Source of the DNA: Patellaria atrata CBS 101060 | Lineage: Eukaryota | Length of the DNA stretch: 64,000 bases | Assembly: GCA_010093705.1 (NCBI GenBank) | Contig: MU006092.1 | Location: 812,623-876,622, forward strand | Reading direction: 5' to 3' | Notes under the pieces: generated by a model | Databases searched by the model: none | What the model saw: the letters and a program-made list of their open reading frames with translations, nothing else | What the model was told of the DNA's origin: nothing | Shown: positions 10,765-24,310 of the stretch, one piece after another | Layout: every line of letters starts with the position of its first letter | Position numbering within the stretch: position 1 is the first letter of the stretch | Program-made: the position numbers and the translations under genes

Positions 10765-12590
10765 ATGGAATCTCCAACCCCCATATCTCTGGGCACCTTT
10801 CGCCTCACACACCCCAAAGCCCACCTCCACATCAAAGGTTCCGCCAACATCAGCGCATCCTACGCAGACACATACTCTTCGCACACATCTCAGGCACCCC
10901 TCGATCTCGAGCTTCTCATCTCGGGCTCGGTCTGGGTCTGCCGCGGCGCAGGACTGCGTCTTCGCATTCGCATTCTAGTCGACTCTGAGCCCCTGGATGA
11001 TGAGATTTTGGACGATTTGGCAAATGAGATCGGTGGGGCTGAGGTGAGTTTGGATGCGACTGCAGGATGGAATCACCGCCAACTTGGGTTCGTAAGTTGA
11101 TGGGTTGTGCAGTTTTGGCGGCAGTTACGGTTGAGAGCTACCCCGGCAACGGTGCGTAGAGAGGGGAATGCATGTGAGGTGTCGGAGGATCTCTTCGGTT
11201 CTGAGATACCCGCTGCTACAGTGGAGGATCGGATCCCATCTGAGGGTATTGTTGACATTGAGATTAACCATGTCCGTGATTTGGAGGAAGGGGTAAAGAG
11301 TAGGCATAAACTGTCTGTTGGCGTCCCGGCTGCGGATGTTAAGCCACCGGTGGGAGTAGCTTGCGTTGGACTGGATCTGGTCAGGCTTGAGTTACGGGTA
11401 GAGAAGCAGAAGAGGAGGGGGGTTAAGAGACGGAGGATGGGGACTGATGAGGAAGAGTTTCGGAGTTTAGAAGAGATGAGGATGTATGTGGAGTTTGAGG
11501 AATTTCGGAATCTGAAAGAGCAAGGAAAAAATTTGGAACAGGAAGAACTTCTTAATTTGAAAGAGTTGGATGATAGGACTCAGGCGTTGTCTATGCCTTT
11601 GGATCCTCGACGAGGCGACGGTATACCTCTAACAACGCACGCAACACCAATTTACAGCAGAACGATAGACGATCTACAGTGGAGCCTCCAACGTGATGAA
11701 GCGATGGATCTTATCAATGCATCACTCCGCATGATCATATGTGACCGCCCAGTGAGATTGGCGCAGGGAATCAAGATATTGGATGATAATATATCAAGCT
11801 CTCTCTCAAAGATAGCGCCAATGCTCTTCAGTCCTGCTTACCTACAGGTTACTTCATCTCCCTATACTGCTGCCGATCGAGCTAACATGGACCGCCAAAG
11901 GGAGTCTCTCAACGTGCAGTGTTAATACCGACAATCAGCCATGCTATCTCCAACTACTTGCAGAAATCAACTAGTTTGGTGATGGCGCAGCTTGGACTAG
12001 AGGAGAATCGATCAACTCCACAAACTGGATGTATTCGAACTAAAAGAGAAGAGCCAGTGGTAACGGCGGCAGGGATATATGAATCAAACTCAGCTAATCT
12101 ATGGAGACTGCTTCAAGCGAACATATACGATCCGACAGCGGGGAGAAGATTGAAGATGTTTGATGCGAAACACGTTAAGCTGTGCAACGGAGAACAACCC
12201 GGGAAGTCTCGGGAAACACCCGCATACCGGCAAGATGAGGATATTTGGGAGTATAAAGACTTCGGTAGTAAAACCATCCCGCGAGCTGTGAATTATGAGG
12301 ACACCTTATTCGATGATGCTTTAGAGAAGCTACCACATATGCTTTTCGAGGATGAGCATCACGACTTCAACGAAGATGAGGGTTCAGTCGCTTCGGGATA
12401 TGACATGCTAGACTATATGAATGTTTCAACGGCGCCGAAAAACTCCATGTTAGACTGTACGCAAGGGGATTACCAGAGCGAAGTTGTTGTCGATCAAATC
12501 GTTGTTGGTGCTACGACATACGAGGCAGACAGTGAAATGCTTGACAGCGAGTGGGCGGATAATTGGGGTATCTCCGCCGTTGTGTCTTGA
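10765..12590 (+). CDS. Hypothetical protein (about 3 exons), acidic C-terminus
   Basis: ORFs 10750-11100, 11107-11925 and 11919-12590 can be joined by introns at about 11044-11112 and 11848-11900 (GCTAAC branch point). Confidence 0.6.
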
Positions 12591-14534
12591 GTTCCTCCAG
12601 ATAGTTTGAGACAGCGAGTGCTACCAAGTTTTGAACACTTCATGGCCCCGTAGTCCACGAGACAAGACGAATATCAAGTCGAAACTGTTGAAGATTTATC
12701 ATCCTCGTCTTGTCTATGACAAGGATGAACATTGTCAAATTCCAACAAGCAACGACAAAAGAGACCACAGTCTACATAGGAGTGAACGCCATCGCTTAAC
12801 CATGATGATACTACATCAACGGTATACCAGTGCCGAGAACAATTGCCAGTCGCGGGATTTTTCAAGTAGTTCTAACCTGTGCTTGAGGTGCAGTTGCAAC
12901 ACGCCTCCTGCCGTCTGCGTAACCGAGGCTTGATGTACTGTACACCTCATTATCTCTATTCCACCATCACTGTTGTAGCTTTAGATGCTGCAAACCGAGG
13001 TTGTACTCTGCAAAGCGTACCAGTGCGGAAACTACAAGTCATACTAGTTTAATGATCTGCACTCATTGGCGGTTGGGGGTGGAAGCTAGAATGTCTCATC
13101 ATCGTTCGCTTGGGACGCTTGTCACTCCAATTTCAACCTCAAGCAAAGCATCATCAGTCTGGAGAACTTCTATCTACAGTATCTAGTAGTCCTCGATTGT
13201 GACTGTGGATTTTCCCCTAAAAATATGCACGATAGATATCTTTTACCATGCCGGGCTGGAATCATCGATGGAAGTACAGAATTCCATGAAATTCTCTGAT
13301 AGGTTCGCCTGCCGTCCTGGTAACATCCGTTGTGGTCCAAATGAGACAGGTCGCATCTTGTACGACTTGCAAAAGTGCTGTCCCTCGCATGTAATAGCGT
13401 CCACGACAAAGGAAACTCTCTACTGTCCTTTCGATCCACCGAGACTAAGGAGGGAAGAAAGATGGAAGACCCATGGGGAAGAGTTCAGGAGGATGCTGCC
13501 CAATATGTCGTCACATCCCTATCCCTCACTACAGGAGTCTCTACTTTATAAAAACACTTTTGATAATTGTTTCGATATTGGATCTCCAGTCTAACCATCG
13601 AAGCCATGCCGTTTGATGGTGCACACGTCTCTTAGGTTAAGTGTGACGGTTCTAGGGTTCCATTTGCCTCTTTTACAGTAAGATCGTGTGCACAACTCCC
13701 TACCGTCGTCCCCGTGGCCGAGGTTATGTCTTCCTTTTGGATCCAAGTAGATTTTTCGTTTGCCCGTTCGTAATGAAGAGCAATTTATTTTCCTGAATCT
13801 CGTGTTAGCGGATTCAGAAGACCATTACTGTCTAAGGGAGGAGCGATACTGGGGATTTTCTCAAAAGCGTACCTGCCCCTTTGGAAGGATACCGTATAAG
13901 GAAGTCAAGGAATATCACAGAACGTCCCTTACAGATTCATAAAACTTTCAGGGTCCCCCGTCTCCACTCTCTCGCCAGCTTCTGAACGTTAGCAGTTAAC
14001 TCATCGTCGGCGCAGTACGGATTATCTCCGATCTCTTCTAGCGTCACTCTTTTAACGAACATCTTCGACCCTTCACAACATCATCCTCTTACTTACTCTA
14101 ATTCCCTCATATCACCTGTGATTATCCCATTAGCGTGTTCCGACACGGCCGCTCGTTTGTCTAGTGCCATTGTGTAAATCTCTCGCTGGAAAGCCTTCCG
14201 TTCATTCTTCCTTTTACTACTTCATCTTCTTTCTACCAACTCAACAGACATCCACCTACTTCTACTACCCGTTCAATTGGTGCTACAGCTACACTCTCCT
14301 TTTCTTGTACTTTCTTTTCCACAACTAGAATCGGTTAGCCTCGAGCGAATCCACCTCCGCTTCACGTTCCTCAAGCTACGGACGGCTCAGACGCGTCCAC
14401 CGTTAGGTAGATTTCGTAGTTGGATCTCTCTATCTGCATTTCGGCACGTCCTACTTCGGTTCAAGCACGGTGCTACCTTGAATATTATGAACACCGCCCT
14501 CCTATTTGACCTTCCGTTCTGAATATCCATCACA

Positions 14535-17252
14535 ATGAACGAGCTCAATCACAAATCTACAATGCATCATCATGAGGGCGAACTTATCCATGTCCGATAT
14601 AGCCCAGGCATCATAGTCGGATCATATTTTGTCAGCTTATGTGGCGCCTACGCAACTGTCGAGCTCCTTCACTTGCGCAGCTCGGGCAAAAGCTGGCGTA
14701 AATGGTATGTTAGACCTGAACCCCCGACGGCCTCGAGTAGTCTTGTTCCGAAAACAAATTCAACGAATCTAATCTACTTGATAGGGCTCATCTGGCTGCT
14801 TGTGCAGTATGCTTCGGCCTCTTCGCAATTTGGTGCATGCACTTCGTGGGGAATAGTGCCATCATCCTTGATCAGGGTCAAATATACATGCAATTGAACT
14901 ATGCCGCCAAGTATACGGTCGCTTCTGCGATAGTTCCATGCGTTGTTTTATTCGTCGGCTTCTGTATCGTTGATCGTTACAACGACCACGGTAAACGTCA
15001 ATTCCATTACGCAGTTGGAGTGTGCTCAGTAATGGCTGGAATGGCCATCGCTGGCATGCACTACATTGGCAATCTCGGAACTACGAACTATAAGCATCAC
15101 CACGAATGGGGCACTGTTCTAGGAGCCATAATAATCGCTAGTACCGCTTGCTGGTTGTCTCTCGCCCTATTCTACACCTGGAGGAAGATTTGGATCAATG
15201 TCTGGTGGCGTCGTTTGGCCTGCGCTGCCGTTCTTGCCATGGCCGTTTCCGCCATGCACTGGGTCGCGGCTATCGGAACCAAATATGAACTCCTCAAGAT
15301 GGAGGAAGGAACGGGTCTGGACAGACACATGAACCTCATCGTCGCATCATCAATGGTAAGTCCTCATCTACATAATCGATCGAACCTTTACTTCTGTTCT
15401 TGGCTTCATTCTAACTGATTATTCAGTCCGCCGTCGCTTGCCTCATCATTTGTTGCATTGCCCTGTACTTGAACAAGCGGCGCAAGATAATGGCTGACCG
15501 CGCCCAACATGTAACTCTAGCATCAGCGACATTCGACTCCGAAGGCCGCATTCTTGTGACTGAACAAGGTCAATTGCCATGTCATAAGATAACCAGAAAG
15601 TTCAATCAACGCGTAAGTAACCCATCATCTTGTCATCTGATACCATTTCTTGATTCTGTCCTAACTTATTCACGCAGTCCTTCGATGACGAATTCAATGT
15701 TTCCCATCCTGTTTACCAATGGCTCTACCGCGCCTCTTACGACTGGAATACCGTCATCCCCTTGATTCCCGCTATGAAAGCACACCTTCGTAAGATTGGA
15801 GCTTCAACTGACGCTCCTAGAGCATCTCTTGGGGGAATTGCTACCGGCTCGGTCGATTGGGACTCTGGAGATGAGCATGTTGACTATAGCGTCATGTTCC
15901 GCGAACTATTCTGTGTCGCTGCCTCGAACCTCGCAGACTACCTCAAATGCACCATCGGTGAACTTGGAACCCTCTACGAAGAAATCACCATGTCAGGCAT
16001 ATCGAATCCAAAGCCGATGTCAGCCATGTCATCCGGATTCAGACTCCTCAAGAAGAGGGTCGCAGATGCGGAAAGTGGACGAGAACACATGGAACCTGTA
16101 ATGTTTGGTGCCGGACAGATACTCTTCCTCGTTCGCCAAATTGACGACAGAGAAGCCACCCGTTTGATCGATCTTGGATTCCGCTTTGCAGAGGTGGCCC
16201 AAGTAGGAGAAGTCATCGCTAAGGGCATCCAGGTCCCTGTTGTTACCATGACCGAAACAATCAACCGACTGAGGGCGTTTCCTGGCAAAGACTCTACTAT
16301 TCCCGTACCCGGAACGTACTTATCATGCTTCTGCATCCGACCAATAATCAGCAAGCGAACAGGTGTTTGGGAAGTCCTCGTTACCGATAGTCAGCGTGGC
16401 CGCCTCCCTATGGTCAAAGTGAAGGAACGGCCGCTTGAAGACTGGCAAATGAACTTCATCAAAGGGATGGAGGGTATGACGGTCAATCAAATTCTAACCG
16501 CAATCCAGGCACATAAATCTACCGCCAATTCTCACAGCTTTCTCCAATGGGTTTTTCTTTGGGAAAATCGAATCAATCAACTTGCAGATGTGGTGCCAGA
16601 GCCTTTCTTTCAAAACGCTTTTCTTTCATCTGACCTCCTTCCTGCGTATGGCCAAATTCGCGATCTCGGTATGGATAGCAAGGTCAACATACTCGCTTTC
16701 TGCATCATCCCTGACATCCATTCATCTTCGCTTCAAATATCTCAGAAGCTGACCTATATCCCGCTCACCTTCTTTCTCGCTCGTCAGCGCGTCTATGAAA
16801 ACGCTCCCGATCATGCAAAATTTGCTAAACAAGTCTTCTCGGAGCTTGGTGGAGTCATGCCTTTCGCGAGCGGTCCAGCCACGGAAAAGGGATTCCCGGC
16901 CAGTACTGAGGTTAAGAATCGCAAGGACAGCATAACGTCATTCACATCTAAGGTGTCATCCTCTGGATTCTGGCCATTCCGCAAACGCTCGGTCCCTGAT
17001 GAAGAGGACCCACCGACATCTGATAAAGATTCCGAAAGGGAACTTGTCGTACGTCCGCGTCACGCATTTGGCGGTATCATGGTCAACTCCATCGTCAATA
17101 TTGACGGTGCAGCAATGACGGATCAAATGACATTGGGAACATACGCGGTTGCGAGCGCCGATTCTTTGGCCGACAAGCCGACATTTGCAGATACCTTAGT
17201 CACTCAGACGAAGACACGTTGGCAGAAGGGCGGAATGAAGAGTGGGCACTAA
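14535..17252 (+). CDS. MHYT-domain integral membrane signalling protein
   Basis: TM helices with three MHYT-type repeats (IWCMHFVGN, GMHYIGN, AMHWVAA); introns at about 14705-14784, 15356-15426 and 15613-15677; long cytosolic C-terminus. Confidence 0.88.
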
Positions 17253-18839
17253 CGCAGTGAAAACCCACTTTTCCCCCAGGCTGACATTTGGGCGTGTGCA
17301 GGTTTCAATTCCAATTACCTATTAGAACCCTGGATCATCCAATGATGATCCTAGTTTCACGAAGTCATCGGACAGACGATTTTCTTTTGCATTGTACGAA
17401 AAAATCACGGGCAGTTATAGCAGGCAATATCTATGTTCGTCAATCTTTCATGATTGAGCTGGCATGCTCGATCTATGCACATTACATCTTGACATGATTT
17501 GAAGGAATGTCGGAGGACCTTTTTATCTCAAAGGGTTTTTACTCACCTTTCCTACGATTATTGTACATGGCACAAAGACACTTTCATCGGATCGGTGTTT
17601 ATGTGGCGCTGAGATCATATGGTGGGTGATGATCTTGAAAAGTAAGGGTTCCGAAATTGCCTGTCTTTCATCTACTGTTTATAGATCTTTAGGCTCTATA
17701 TGGACAGGACGGCGCAACTGGCGAAAGAGAAAATGGAAGGAAGTGTGATGGAGGAGGCTTCTTCTGCCAAAAAAGAGATATTTGTGATTTTCTGCTCTTG
17801 AGAGAGTTGGTTTGCATGTAAGATAACTACAAAAGAGAGAGAGAGAGAGTTTAAGGCGATTTGAGGGAAAATGGTTTAAGATTTTAAGATCATATCGTGC
17901 AATGGAATGGTATTTGTATAATTGAGATCCTCGATCTTGATCTGAGTGATTTGTTTAATTTAACCCTTAACTTGAAGTCACCTCGAGTCAATCAGCTTAA
18001 GCCACATCACTACAATTCATCTACCACTTCAACCTAAGCACTTCAACTCGAGGACATCACCCTCACTCCCTACCACCCCAAGTTATCCCCTCAAGCCATT
18101 CCACTCACTCACCTCACCTCGCTCCCCTTTCCCTCCTCACCTTCCCCCCCGGCCAAAAGAACACCAGATCACAATCGAAACCTACAAGTACATGTGCGAT
18201 CCCCCTCCAACCAGAGCCCTAGCCCGCGCCCCTGACCCGAAAAGTCCACCACAACCCGCGTCACATCCCACCTGAAACTCACGAGAACACGGAAAGGTCC
18301 AAACTGGGGGAAGGGGGCCGTGCGGGTAAGGGAAGCGAGATAGGTGCGGCTGGGATGCTAGTGTACCGGCGTACAGCTCGGGCCGCCAAAGTCCGGTCCA
18401 GAGGCGGGATCGGACGTTCGTGTCGGTTGTGATGCGTGCATGCATATGGGATACCTTATGTATGGGTCAGGGCATGATCCGGCAGATGAGGTTTAGATCG
18501 GTTTCCTCAATTACCGGAAATTCGGGACGAAGGGGGATGAGGTATCTTCCAATAGAATATAGCGAGATATGAAGATCAAACCCATCGTTGACGTGTCTGT
18601 GGTAGAGGTAGACACAATATCGACGACGAAGATCAAGGTTTCCACTATCGCAGAAGATAAAAGTACAAAAGTTGAGTAAGCTAACGGGACTTAAATACCC
18701 GAACCTGATCAAAATGTGCTCTCACGAAAGCCCCAAATGTTGCCCTATATCCAAAACATGACTCGTAGGATATAAAAAAGCCCGACTGAAAACCATGGAA
18801 GGGGGTGTGTACTCAAATGCAATGGTGGAAACTCGGCTC

Positions 18840-20570
18840 TCACTCATATACGCCATTATCGAACTTCTCCTCATCGAAGTACTTAGCCCTGATCTCATTC
18901 CTTGCAAAAAGACGGCCGTTAAGAGCAGTAAGAGCCCTCAGCGCACTCATCACACTCGTGAATTTGACAAAGACAGGAATCTGTCCCTTAGCGGTGCGGT
19001 CGATGTAGATCCGCTCGACCATTCCGTATTTCTGACCACACTCGTCTCCGATCTCTTGCAAGATGCCTCCATCATCCCTCTGCATCTCTTCATCCAAGTC
19101 CATGCCATCAACCATACCCCAGAGTTTGACCACCGGGGAGATGGCGCCGGGTCCGTCGTCGTCGTGGCTGGTTTTGGCCTTCTTCCCGCCGACGATGATA
19201 CCGCGGCCGCCGCGGTCGACAAAACCACCGCCTTCGCTATCTGGACGCTTCTTCCGTTTCTCAACTTTGACGCTAAGCGCAGTGGTGATACCTTCCCCGG
19301 TTGCGCCAAGCCCTGAACCCTTCGTCCAGCCGTATTTGGCCATCAAGCGTTCGGCAAATTTGGCTTGACCTGGACGATTTGAGCGAGGTGCAGGTTCCGT
19401 GTTTTGAACAGGCGCGTCCCCCGTTACCTCGTCTTCGACATCCTTCAAGGCTTGCTCGAGTTCTTCTTCTGTTGCTGGAATTTCTTCCGGCGCAGGCGGT
19501 AGCGCGTATCGTACAGGTGCACGAACGATGGTAAAGTTAGATCCTTCCAATGATTGCTGAATCCGGGAAGTTGGAGTGGGTGGTTGGGGCGGAGGTAACG
19601 GAGCCGCTTCCTTCGGAGGTGCAATTGGTGGTGGGGAATCCGGGGGTGGAGGTATCTGCATACCGCTGAGACGCATACGACGAGCATAGGCATCTTCACC
19701 AGTTGCATCATTAAGAACTTCTACAGCAGGAGGAGGGATATATGTATCCTGTTCACTTGCTAGGGGATCTGAGTCCGGAGGTGGTGGTGGAGAAAATGAT
19801 GGTGGAGCAAACATGTAATTGGGAGGAGGTGCGAAATTTGCTAGGACATGTCAGCAGGGAACGAACTCGAGTCTATGAAACTTACTCTTCGACTTTGGCG
19901 GTGCGTCATCATCCTCGGATAAATCTGTACTTGGCCGTCTACGATGCGCGTGTAGGACATCTAGCCACTCTCTTTTGATTTGATACCGCTCCTCACTATT
20001 TTTGTACTCCTCAAAACTGTTCGGAGCCGCCGGGTCATAAATGTCATCCCAACTCCTAGCCAGTTGTTGCTGATTATTCTTCTTCTTCCGTTTTCCTCCG
20101 CGTTGCGGCCTGTTCGCATAAAACCCGTTCACATCGTCATCATCTCCAACCCAGTCTGCAAGTGTGGTCTTAGGAGCGGTTTGAGCTGGCGGTTGAGCTG
20201 GCTTTCCGGTAGCATCTGGCGAACTACTCTGATTCGGTATTGATGATGGTTTCGGGAATGGAGCCTTCTTCTTCGCTTTCTGGACGATTTGGGGCCTCAG
20301 TGTAGGCTGAAAACGTAGAGCTGCTATTCAAGAGAGAACGAGAAACAGTGAGCAAGGAGCATCATCAGACACGCATGTCTTATGGGGAATCGAAGATTAG
20401 ATACCAGCATTTATTTGCTTCTTAGTCTCATCGGCGGTTTGAGCGTCTTTAGTAGGTTTATTGTACAAGACAGGCTCCTTAGATATTGTTGCGCTGGAGC
20501 CAGGATTCAAGAGGTTCGCGTAAAGAGACATTCCCGGACGAGGAGCTAAGGGTTTCTCTTCTGAAGCCAT
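18840..20570 (-). CDS. SPF45: G-patch/UHM-RRM splicing factor Spf45 (DRT111-like)
   Basis: SPF45 motif WDDIYDPAAPNSFEEYK, G-patch FAERLMAKYGWTKGSGLG, C-terminal UHM with ALNGRLF; ATG 20570 (MASEEK); 2 introns. Confidence 0.88.
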
Positions 20571-21144
20571 AGTACTTAAATTTGCTACGAATCGCTTATC
20601 AAGCGGAAGATGAGATGCAATACCTCTTCAAAGAGAGCAACGACAGTTCGATGTTGAAGTTTGATCGTCGAGCAGTTGGAGCTACAGTAAGGTAGTTCCA
20701 AATGCTTGGCCAAAGCTTGGCAAAATTCACCAGTCTCGATATCACGCGTGCGCTCGTGGCGCTCTTTCATAGAAAGTGAACTTTCAAAAACTCAATGGAA
20801 AACAAAAGCCTTTATATCGCACATCAGTCTTCGAGATTTTTTAACGAGAATTTAGATAACCGTATGAATTTCTCCATTTATTAGCCGTTCAGCAAAGACC
20901 AAACAAAAATCGTGCCCTTTCAAAGAACGACCATCGTTTTATGCCAAGACATTAGACAATCACGTCACCGATAATGTACCGAGCTTGTGTCAGAATGTCA
21001 GACATCCGTTCCTGGATAGTATCAAGTCAATTCTGTAATCTCCTTTGCTTCTCTCTTCACATCGTCAGCTAGATTTCATATATACATATTCAAATCATTG
21101 TACTTGTTGGACTAATTCTTTGTACTGTACTGTACATCTTCATC

Positions 21145-22746
21145 ATGAGTACCCTATCTAATGCCTTCACCCGAAATTTAGAGTCTACCGCAATAATAGT
21201 CCCAGATAAGCCTAACCCTCTCACGGTTACATATACTCAATTGAATAGAGAAATCTCATCTTTCCAGAAGAAGCTTGCACAGCTCGGTATCAAACATGGA
21301 GATGCAGTTTCGATAGCCCTTCCGAATTCCTACGCATTCATTATCTCCTTCTTGGCCTCATCATGGCAGCGTGCCATTGCTGCCCCCCTCAATTCCGCCT
21401 ACAAGCAGGAAGAATTCGAGTTCTACATCGATGATCTAAGCTCTGCACTAGCCCTCGTACCCAAAGGCGCCTTCAAGGAAAATAGTGCTGCCGTACGAGC
21501 AGCGAGGAAGTACAAAGCAGCCATTGCGGAATGCTACTGGAACGGGAGGGAAGTTGTCCTCGACATTAGAGACAAGGGCAAACTTGCAGGAAAGGGGGGT
21601 CAGCCTATACAAGAAGCACAACCCAACGACGTCGCCCTGGTTCTACACACGAGCGGTACAACCGGTCGTCCCAAAGCAGTTCCCCTTACACACCTAAACC
21701 TCGCTACGACAATGAAAAACATCCAGAATACATACCAACTCGGCCCCTCTGACCGCACCCTCCTTGTCATGCCCTTGTTCCACGTCCACGGACTACTTGC
21801 CGGTTTTCTTGCTCCTTTAGCCTCCCGTGGTTCTGTTATCGTACCCCCTAAGTTCTCCGCCGGGGACTTTTGGGACAATTTTATCACGCACAAAGCGAAT
21901 TGGTACACCGCAGTCCCTACGATCCATCAGATCCTCCTCAAGAACCCGCCCCCGAATCCCAAACCGAAAATTCGCTTCATCCGTTCTTGCTCCTCACCCT
22001 TATCTCCTAAGACCTTTCATGAACTTGAGAAGACATTTGACGCTCCGGTGCTGGAGGCTTACGCAATGACAGAGGCAGCACACCAGATGACCTCCAATCC
22101 GCTACCACCAGGGAAACGTCAACCCGGCAGTGTAGGAATCGGACAGGGCGTGGAGGTCAGGATCCTAGATCAGGACGGCAAAGAAGTTTCCCAAGGCTCA
22201 GAGGGCGAGATCTGCATCCGAGGAATGAACGTCACGAAGGGCTACCTTAACAATCCCGAAGCCAATAAATCATCCTTTACAAAGGAGGGCTTTTTCAGGA
22301 CTGGTGACCAAGGAAAGAAGGACAAAGATGGCTATGTAATAATCACAGGAAGAATCAAGGAGTTGATTAATAAGGGCGGGGAGAAGATTAGTCCTATCGA
22401 ATTGGATAACGTCGTAGCGCAAAATCCAGCCGTAAGCGAGGCGGTGAGCTTCGCCATCGAAGATGAGCTGTATGGGCAGGATGTTGGTATTGCGGTTGTG
22501 TTGAAGGATGGTAAGAAACTTGAGGCGGAGGAGTTGAAAAAATGGATGAGTGATAAAGTGGCTAAGTTTAAGTTACCTAAAAAGGTGAGCACTCCGGAAT
22601 AATTTTGAACGAACATCCGTAAATAACTAATGCGATTTTAGGTCTTCTTCACGGACGTAATGCCCAAAACCGCAACTGGTAAGATACAAAGACGTATGGT
22701 AGCAGATGCGATGTTGAAGAAGGAGAAGAGGGAAGCGAAGTTGTAG
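21145..22746 (+). CDS. PCS60: Peroxisomal acyl-CoA (oxalyl-CoA) synthetase, Pcs60/Fat2 family
   Basis: AMP-binding motifs LHTSGTTGRPK, EAYAMTE, FRTGD, PKTATGKIQR; intron 22585-22641; ends EAKL (PTS1). Confidence 0.92.
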
Positions 22747-22972
22747 TACCTTTGCGTCACCTTAAGAGTGTATCATAGATATACGCTTACATACCTCCTA
22801 TCTTATCCCTCCGATCTCATTGTACGCTTGTATCAAGAAGATCTCTGACTTGACTGTACAAATTAAGAAGACCTCGTAATAGGCCTCTATCAGTACCATT
22901 CTATCATATGTGTAGCGCATGTACAGTACAGCGATTCGTCAGTATCAACTTCTCTCCAATCCCTCAAGACGC

Positions 22973-23738
22973 TCACAAAGCCTTCCTAAGCGCGCTCTTG
23001 AAAGGGTAAACGGTAACCTTATCCCAATCCCACACCTCACCCGTCGTATACACGTCCTCCTTGAGTCGCTTCAACAGCGCCTCTTTACTCTCGGCCTGCG
23101 CCAGCATCACCGAGCCCTTCATCTTTGGCGTCTCGCCTTCGACGGGCGGGGACTCGAGGAAAGCGCCTGGGGTGTGTGAGTGGGGAAATGTGGGGATTTG
23201 GAATGCGGAATTGAGAAGCAAAGTGTTTATTATACGGATCATGCAGAACCCTTTCTTTCCTAGGAACAAAAGAAGAAGTAACACTAGAATTGGGCAAAGA
23301 TACAAAGAGTGACGATGAAGCAGATAGATAATCGTGACAGTATTAAATCATCAAAAAGCACACAACTTACCTCCAAAAAGCCAGAAATCTTCATCCACGC
23401 CATTCGGTAGTTCGCTCAGATGTTGTCTGCTCTCACCGAAAACAAATCTCGCATTAGTTTCATTATTGTTTTTGGATCCTTGCAGAGGGGTATGAAGGTG
23501 TTACTGGAAGTGGAGGGGTTGTAGAAAGAGTTTTGTATGTGAATACGCACTGTCTAACTTTCAACCTCCTCTCCAGACCACCCTCCTGATCCGGCAATAT
23601 GACGAGCCATTCTGTCTTTTTCGGTGCTGGTGAGTCTGCCATTCCCATCCTGTGGATTGCCCGAGAAGCTAGATACGGCTTTGGAAGTCGTGGTATGCAG
23701 GTGCGGAATGCGCGATAGCGGACGGGGAGACGGAGCAT
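22973..23738 (-). CDS. YciI-domain protein with possible mitochondrial presequence
   Basis: Exons EWLVILPD...RRLKVR / HL...FWLFG / GA...MKGSVM...EDVYTTGEVWD; 2 introns; Arg-rich N-terminus. Confidence 0.85.
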
Positions 23739-24310
23739 CAATTGGGATGATATGTGATTGAAAAACTGAGGAATTTTCAAGAAGTATAGTATTGAGGGGA
23801 TGATATACAGTAATTAGTTCAAAGTGACGGACACGATTGGGAAGAGTTGAGATGATCGCTATTGAAGTGGGGTAGTTGTACCTTGCTGTCTAGAACTAGG
23901 GTGTTTGATGAACTTATACACGCAATGCGCCCTTTGACTCCACTTGATCAGCATGGAAAATATTCTGGGCAGGTCAGGAGTAAATCGAGGAGTAAGGTGT
24001 GGAGATTACGATTTGAGTAAAATGATCTTGAAATCATATCTTTGCGCGTACGGCAATCGCGTCCTTCTGTGCTCGTTTTCGAGAACTATGATTTCTAACC
24101 ACCAATATATAACTTAACGCCATGGGTATCAATAGAAAAGCCATGAAATCCTCCCATATCTCTTCGCCATAAATATCATCATCACGTATCTTGCTCTCTG
24201 TAACCATATTTGTCCTAACTTAACGCCGTTACCAGAGACCTCCCAAAATGCTCAAGTACCGATAAATCCATCTGAATGAGGCTCCTATATCACTTGAACC
24301 CACGGTCGGT

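Noticed and set aside
12631..13942. Short ORFs upstream of the MHYT gene
   Set aside because: No protein-like features or consistent splice structure
18514..18630. RNase P RNA (GGAAATTCGG resembles CR-I)
   Set aside because: The following bases deviate and there is no convincing CR-V/P4 partner at a suitable distance
23170..23371. Intronic C/D snoRNA in YciI intron 2
   Set aside because: A TGATGA box is present but no suitable terminal CTGA D box
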